Origin: an uncultured delta proteobacterium
GTDB taxonomy: Bacteria; Desulfobacterota; WTBG01; CAIYCZ01
Assembly (NCBI GenBank): GCA_963803975.1
Contig: CAWDOY010000042.1
Location: 1 to 64,000 of the forward strand
Length of the DNA stretch: 64,000 bases
Direction: 5' to 3'
Below, in pieces: positions 58,770 through 64,000 of the stretch. Numbering within the stretch: the first letter of the stretch is position 1; the number at the start of each line of letters is the position of its first letter. The notes below the pieces were generated by a model that was not told the DNA's origin, searched no databases, and saw nothing but the letters and a program-made list of their open reading frames with translations. The translations under genes were made by a program, and so were the position numbers.

Positions 58770-59486
58770 ATGAAAACCATACTGACCATATTCTGGAAAG
58801 AGTTCAGGGGCTATTTCAACTCCCCCATTGCCTATATCTTTATCATCTCTTTTCTGGTGTTCACCAGCTGGCTTTTTTTCAAGGGGTTCTTCCTCATGAA
58901 CCAGTCCAGCCTGCGCTCGTTCTTTTCCATTCTGCCGTGGGTGTTTCTGTTCCTGGCGCCGGCGGTTACCATGCGCTCCTGGGCTGAGGAGAAAAAGCTC
59001 GGCACCATTGAGCTTTTGATGACGCTCCCGGTTAAGGACTACGAGGTGGTGCTGGGAAAGTTTCTGGCGAGCTTTATCTTTCTCATCGTCACGCTTCTGT
59101 GCTCTATTCCCCTGCCGCTGACGGTAATGCTGGTCGGGAACCCTGACATAGGGCCCATCTGGGGCGGCTATTTGGGAGCATTTCTGATGGGCGGGGCCTA
59201 TCTTGCCATCGGCTGCTTTGCCTCAAGCCTCACCGAGAACCAGATTGTGGCCTTTATCATAGCTATTTTTCTCTCCTTCGCCCTGCTCATTATCGGCGAG
59301 AACCTGGTGATCATGAACCTGCCCGCCGCGCTGGTGCCGGTGTTTACCTTCCTTGGCCTGGGCGCGCATTTTGAGAGTATCGGCAGAGGCGTGATCGATT
59401 CGCGGGATATCATTTATTATATTTCAATTATTGGATTTTTCCTGTTTCTCAACGGGCTGTCAGTTGAAAGCCGCAAATGGAAGTGA
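58770..59486 (+). CDS. ABC-2 permease (GldF-like)
   Basis: YFNSPIAY, PAVTMRSWAEEKK.GT.ELL.T.P, VLGKFLA and HF....RGVID.RD..YY motifs. Confidence 0.92.
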   Translation: MKTILTIFWKEFRGYFNSPIAYIFIISFLVFTSWLFFKGFFLMNQSSLRSFFSILPWVFLFLAPAVTMRSWAEEKKLGTIELLMTLPVKDYEVVLGKFLASFIFLIVTLLCSIPLPLTVMLVGNPDIGPIWGGYLGAFLMGGAYLAIGCFASSLTENQIVAFIIAIFLSFALLIIGENLVIMNLPAALVPVFTFLGLGAHFESIGRGVIDSRDIIYYISIIGFFLFLNGLSVESRKWK

Positions 59487-59492
59487 TGAGAC

Positions 59493-61100
59493 ATGAAGCT
59501 TAAAAAAGTGAGATACGGTACAAACTATATACTGATGATACTGCTGCTCGCGGCAATCCTTGCGGTCATTAACATCCTGTCCTATCGCCACTTCCTGCGG
59601 GCCGACCTTACCGATAACCGGCAGTATACCATCACCGAGTCAACCAAGAAGGTGCTCGCGGGCCTTGATGATGTGGTCAACATAAAAGTATATTTCTCCC
59701 GCAAGCTGCCTCCCTATCTCACCACCCTCACCGACCAGATAAAGGACCTGCTCGACGAGTACCGCACCTATGCCAGGGGCAAGCTCGCTATTGAATTTAT
59801 CGATCCTGCCAATGATCCGGCCATGGAGCAGCGGCTGCGCTTTCTCGGCATTCCCCAGGTGCGGCTCAATGTCATTGAGCGGGACCAGGCGCAGTTCACC
59901 AACGTGTATCTGGGCATGGCGGTGCTGTACGGGGATAACAAGGAAGTAATCCCTGCCATCACCGATACCAACAACTTTGAATATGACCTCACGAGCAGGA
60001 TTCTGCAGGCAATAAGTACCGAGGTCAAAACCATCGGGTTCTTAAGCGGCCACGGCGAGCCGGATATAAACAAGGAGCTGAAAAGCATTCAGGGCCTCCT
60101 GCAGGACCATTACTCCTGCCGCAGCATAGACACGAAGAAGGATAAAAACATCCCTGCTACCATTGCCGCCCTGGTGGTGGCAAGCCCGAAGGAACTGTCC
60201 GAGCGGGAGAAATTTCTCATAGACCAGTACCTCATGTCCGGGGGCAGGGTGCTGTTTTTCATTGACTCTGTTGCCATGGATGAGCGCCGGCTTGCAGCAA
60301 CCCCGCTTGCCTCGCCGCTTCTTGAGTTGCTGGCGCACTACGGCGTCAAGCTGAACAATGAGCTGGTCCTTGACCGGTCCAATGCCACTGCCTCGTTTCA
60401 GAGCGGCTATTACACCATCTCGGTGCCCTACCCCTTCTGGGTAAAAATCATCAGGGACAATTTTGCTCAAGATAATCCCGCGGTAAACCAGCTTGAGAGC
60501 ATGGTGCTTCCCTGGGCAAGCCCCCTTGAAATAGTAAAGGATAAAACAGCCGGGCTCCGGGTGACCGAGCTTTTCAAAAGCTCGAAAGATTCCTGGGCCC
60601 AGAAAGAGGTCTTTGACCTGAGCCCCAAGGAAGAGTATTCCCCGGCACCCGGTGAGATGAAAGAACGGATTATGGGAGTGGCGCTGAGCGGAAAGTTCAA
60701 GAGCTTCTATGCCGGGAAAAAAGTGCCGGCAGCGGACGAGGAGAAAAAGACCCCGGCACTGCCGCAGCAGAAAGAACCATTGTTTAAACCGGAGAGCACA
60801 GAAACAAAGCTCATCGTGGTCGGCAACTCACGGTTTATAACAGAGAATTTTCCGGCTGAGTTTGACGGCAACCGCATCTTTTTCCAGAACGTAATTGACT
60901 GGGTCACGGTTGGTGACGCGCTCATCGGTATCCGCTCCCGCGAGTCAACAGACCGGCCGCTCATGGTCGTTTCCGAACGGGCAAAGGCTGCCATCCGCTT
61001 CATCAATATCCTGGGCGTCTCGATTCTGGCAGGGCTGTTTGGCCTGGGCCGCTTTTATCTGCGGCGCAGAAGGAAAAAAAACGGGATACAAGAAATTTAA
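59493..61100 (+). CDS. GldG-like ABC auxiliary component
   Basis: DLT....YT....TK..L..L, IDP, EYDLT, GFLSGHGE, DQYLMSGG and N..FF.N.IDW......LI.IRSR motifs. Confidence 0.9.
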   Translation: MKLKKVRYGTNYILMILLLAAILAVINILSYRHFLRADLTDNRQYTITESTKKVLAGLDDVVNIKVYFSRKLPPYLTTLTDQIKDLLDEYRTYARGKLAIEFIDPANDPAMEQRLRFLGIPQVRLNVIERDQAQFTNVYLGMAVLYGDNKEVIPAITDTNNFEYDLTSRILQAISTEVKTIGFLSGHGEPDINKELKSIQGLLQDHYSCRSIDTKKDKNIPATIAALVVASPKELSEREKFLIDQYLMSGGRVLFFIDSVAMDERRLAATPLASPLLELLAHYGVKLNNELVLDRSNATASFQSGYYTISVPYPFWVKIIRDNFAQDNPAVNQLESMVLPWASPLEIVKDKTAGLRVTELFKSSKDSWAQKEVFDLSPKEEYSPAPGEMKERIMGVALSGKFKSFYAGKKVPAADEEKKTPALPQQKEPLFKPESTETKLIVVGNSRFITENFPAEFDGNRIFFQNVIDWVTVGDALIGIRSRESTDRPLMVVSERAKAAIRFINILGVSILAGLFGLGRFYLRRRRKKNGIQEI

Positions 61101-61153
61101 ATGCAGAAGGTTATTACGAGAATGATATTTTTTGTGAGAGAACGGAATCAGCC

Positions 61154-62225
61154 ATGAGCTTTAAGAAGACCATACTACTTGCAGCAGTGCTGTGCTTTCT
61201 ACTCCTGGTGTTTTATATCATCGAGAGCCCGAAAAAAGATGCTAAAAAAACCGAGCACCCGCTGTTTATACCCGGGTTTGACAAGGCACAGGCAGCAGCT
61301 GTTTTTCTGACAAGCAAAACCCGGGGGGAAATTTCTCTGCAGAAGAAGGGAGACGGCTGGGCGGTAGCGGTGAATAAAAAAACCTATGCCGCAGACACGG
61401 CATCAGTTGATAACCTGCTCAACACCACGGCAAAAATACGGGTTGAGTCCATTGTCTCCCGGAACGAGGGTAAATATAAGGCCTTTGAAGTAGACGCAGA
61501 GAACGGGGTTGACGTGCGGATTGATGACGCCGCACAGAAAAGCCTGGCGCGCTTTGTGGTGGGGAAAAGCGGCCCTGACCTGTTCAGCACCTATCTGCGG
61601 CTGGCAGATGCACCGCAGGTGGTGCTCGCCAGCGGCATGCTGAAAATGGCCTTTGACCGGGAGCTCAAGGAATGGCGCGATAAAACAATTTTCAGCCTGA
61701 ACCAGCAGGAGATAACCGGGTACCAGGTGCAGGGGGACCTGCACTATCAGATGCAGAAAGCGGCAAGCGGCGCCTGGGAGATGATTGCCCCGGAAAAGTT
61801 CGAGCCGAAAAAGGAAATAGTTGAAGACTGCCTGAAAAACGTCTGCAGCGCTTAAGGCCGCGGATTTTGCCGAAGGCAGGCTGCAGGATTTCCAGCTGGA
61901 TAAGCCGATGCGGGAGATTATCATAACCATGAAAGGCGGCGGGTCCTCGAAGGCGCTTCTCATCGGCAAGGAGAAAAACGCTTTTCAGCGCTTCGTAAAG
62001 ACAGCGGATGCAGACACCGTCTATGTGCTGGAGAGCTATAACCTGGAAAAGCTGAGTCCGGCGCTTGCCGTGCTCAAGCTGGGCGAAGCTGCAAAAGCCG
62101 CAGCACAGGCCCCGGCCCCTGACAAAAAACAGGAGCCGGAGGTTAAAAAAGAAGCAGCACCGCAAAAAAAGGCGGCAAAGCCGGCCGGGACTTCATCCGG
62201 CAAAAAGAAAAAAAAGAAAAGGTAG
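61154..62225 (+). CDS. DUF4340-domain membrane-anchored protein (frameshift ~61845)
   Basis: N-terminal TM; L.K....W, AD...V..LL, VGK......Y.R and WRDK motifs, repeated in ORF 61908-62225; usual position after GldG. Confidence 0.8.
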
Positions 62226-62260
62226 CGGCATCCCGCACCGTATCCTTTCACTGCGACCTG

Positions 62261-62966
62261 ATGATTGAGACCTTTGTACTGCGTGTTGATAATAAATCCA
62301 TCTGCGGGGTCCTGCACCTTCCTCTCCTTGAAAAGCCCCCCTGTGTCATAACCTGCCATGGCCTGTTCAGCTCCAAAGACAGTGATAAATTTCTCTCCAT
62401 AGCGAGGGTTTTTACTGACCGGGGCATAGCGGTTATCCGCTTTGATTTCAGCGGCTGCGGGGAAAGCACCGGGTCAATTGCAGACACCACGGTAACAGGG
62501 AGGCTTGCGGAGCTGACGGCAGTGGTACAGTTTGCCAGACAGCATCAGCTGCCTGGCCCGCGTCTCGGGCTCCTGGGAAGTTCCCTGGGCGGCTATCTAT
62601 CACTGCTGTATGCAGCACAGGATACCGTCAATCAGAGCACTATCCGTCTGGGCCACGCCGTTCAGCCTGCCCGGGTTGCGGGAGAGCATCCCGCCGGAAG
62701 AGCTGTCAATGCTGAAGGAGGATTTTTTCATTGATGCACGGCGCTTTGACCTTTCGACCCTGTTGCCCGCGCTGCACTCCCTCTTAATACTGCACGGCAC
62801 CCAGGATGAGATCGTGCCGTACGCGCATGCAGAAAAAATTTTTCAGCTGGCAGGAAGCCCCAAAGAACTCAAGCGTATCGCTGGTGGAGATCATTCATTG
62901 ACTGTCCCGAAAGGCCGGGAGCAGGCAATTCAGAAAAGCGCTCTCTGGTTTCAACGGTATCTGTAA
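62261..62966 (+). CDS. Alpha/beta hydrolase (frameshift ~62625)
   Basis: CHG, RFDFSGCGES.G, GSSLGG nucleophile elbow, HGTQDE.VP and GGDH. Confidence 0.9.
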
Positions 62967-63061
62967 AAACACCCGGCGCCGACATTCATTATTTTCCCTG
63001 CTTTACTATTTCCCAAATAAAGTTTATATATTTACAAATATATGTTATATTTTTCATGCTT

Positions 63062-64000
63062 ATGAAAAAAGACGCAAACCTCTACGACATAAAATCAGCC
63101 CGGGAAGACCTGCCCCTTTCCCGGTCCGAGCTTGAGCACCGGCATCGCATGGTGGCGGAAAGCCCGAGCCTGAAACAGGTGATAAGCGAAGCGGTCAGGG
63201 CAGCGCGCTCCGGGAGCACCATCCTTATTACCGGTGAAAGCGGTACCGGCAAGGAGCTTATCGCACGGCTGGTTCATAATGTCAGCCCGCGCAGCGAGCA
63301 GCCCTTTGTTGTGGTAAACTGCGGTGCGCTGCCGGAGACGCTTCTTGAGACCGAACTGTTCGGCCACGAAAAGGGCTCTTTCACCGGAGCCCTGTATCGC
63401 AAAATCGGCCTGTTTGAAACAGCCAGCAGCGGCACCATCTTCCTTGATGAAATCGGCGAGATGAGCCCTGCCATGCAGGTCAAACTTCTGCGGGTGCTGC
63501 AGGAAGGCACCTTTAATAGAATCGGCAATTCTGCAACCATCAGCGTGGATGTGCGGGTCATCTCTGCAACCAACAAGGACCTGCGCGAGGAATTGAAAAA
63601 GAGAAAATTCCGTGAAGACCTGTTTTACCGTCTCAATGTGATTCATCTCGCACTGCCGCCGCTTCGCCAGAGAAAAGAGGATATAGCGCACCTGGCCGGT
63701 TTTTTCGTCAAGCGGCTGAAGGAATCATTCGACCTGAAAGAGCTGAATATCTCGGAAGAGGCGATGAAACTCATCGCCGGCTACAGCTGGCCGGGGAATG
63801 TGCGCGAGCTGGAAAATGCCATCGAGCGGGCAGCGGTGATGGGCGACGGGCGCGAGATACTTCCGCAGGATCTGATACTGCACAGGAACGAGCCTGCTGC
63901 AGAAGATCATATCGAGGTAGGCATGACGCTCCAGCAGGCGCTGGATGGCTTTAAAAGGGATTTTATTAAAAAGACCCTGCAGCTCACCAAAGGTAACCGC
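63062..64000 (+). CDS. Sigma-54-dependent activator without an N-terminal sensor domain (PspF-like); runs off the window end
   Basis: Not in the ORF track because there is no stop in the window. Reads MKKDANLY..., ITGESGTGKE, NCGALPE.LLETELFGHEKGSFTGA, FLDEIGEM, FREDLFYRL and WPGNVRELEN. Confidence 0.92.
   Translation, partial: MKKDANLYDIKSAREDLPLSRSELEHRHRMVAESPSLKQVISEAVRAARSGSTILITGESGTGKELIARLVHNVSPRSEQPFVVVNCGALPETLLETELFGHEKGSFTGALYRKIGLFETASSGTIFLDEIGEMSPAMQVKLLRVLQEGTFNRIGNSATISVDVRVISATNKDLREELKKRKFREDLFYRLNVIHLALPPLRQRKEDIAHLAGFFVKRLKESFDLKELNISEEAMKLIAGYSWPGNVRELENAIERAAVMGDGREILPQDLILHRNEPAAEDHIEVGMTLQQALDGFKRDFIKKTLQLTKGNR

Noticed and set aside
57828..62225. Gliding-motility system
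   Set aside because: GldA/F/G-like ABC plus DUF4340 operons are widespread outside Bacteroidota, and no other gld/spr genes are present
63095..63691. Long minus-strand ORF, and similar antisense ORFs such as 33371-34288 and 21113-21682
   Set aside because: Shadow frames of well-supported genes on the opposite strand

Overview
Bacterial chromosomal DNA whose gene content (2-oxoacid:ferredoxin oxidoreductase, split class I fumarase, two tungsten-type aldehyde:ferredoxin oxidoreductases, sigma-54 activators, a selC*-like tRNA) suggests an anaerobic deltaproteobacterium (Desulfobacterota-like; inference). About 18 genes carry 1-nt frameshifts, including housekeeping genes, so these are most likely long-read indel errors. 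Layout: (1) 0.3-11.4 kb, sulfur/selenium-trafficking region: YnjE-like rhodanese, an unusual 95-nt tRNA-Sec-shaped tRNA with a Cys anticodon (selC*-type), a rhodanese-YdjY fusion, a membrane polyferredoxin, and a PHP-TusA-DUF3343-YjeF-like-LysR-tpx run. (2) 11.5-24.2 kb, TCA-cycle cluster fumAB-sdhCAB-[Rieske-cytochrome b-small protein]-sucCD-korDABC, then purC. (3) 24.6-28.4 kb, a secreted beta-propeller and AOR-1. (4) 28.4-47.0 kb, an ~18.5-kb block bracketed by two copies of the AOR 3' end. It holds a one-polypeptide sensor kinase/sigma-54 activator, an enoate-reductase-like flavoenzyme, a BLVRB-like reductase, an MMPL-DUF1302-DUF1329-YCF48 envelope module, a chelatase-fold lipoprotein, an RCCR/ferredoxin-dependent bilin reductase homolog and two split-barrel flavoproteins. 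This is the best candidate for an undescribed system: anaerobic tetrapyrrole (chlorophyll/heme/bilin) uptake and catabolism. (5) 47.3-52.6 kb, an integron cassette array with no integrase in the window, carrying nuclease and SEFIR/TIR defence-type cassettes. (6) 52.6-64 kb, hisF, AOR-2 with a Tat-exported ferredoxin partner, a GldA/F/G-like ABC system, a hydrolase and a sigma-54 activator cut by the window end. A ~152-bp MITE family sits at stop codons. All family assignments come from motif recognition by eye; no searches were run.
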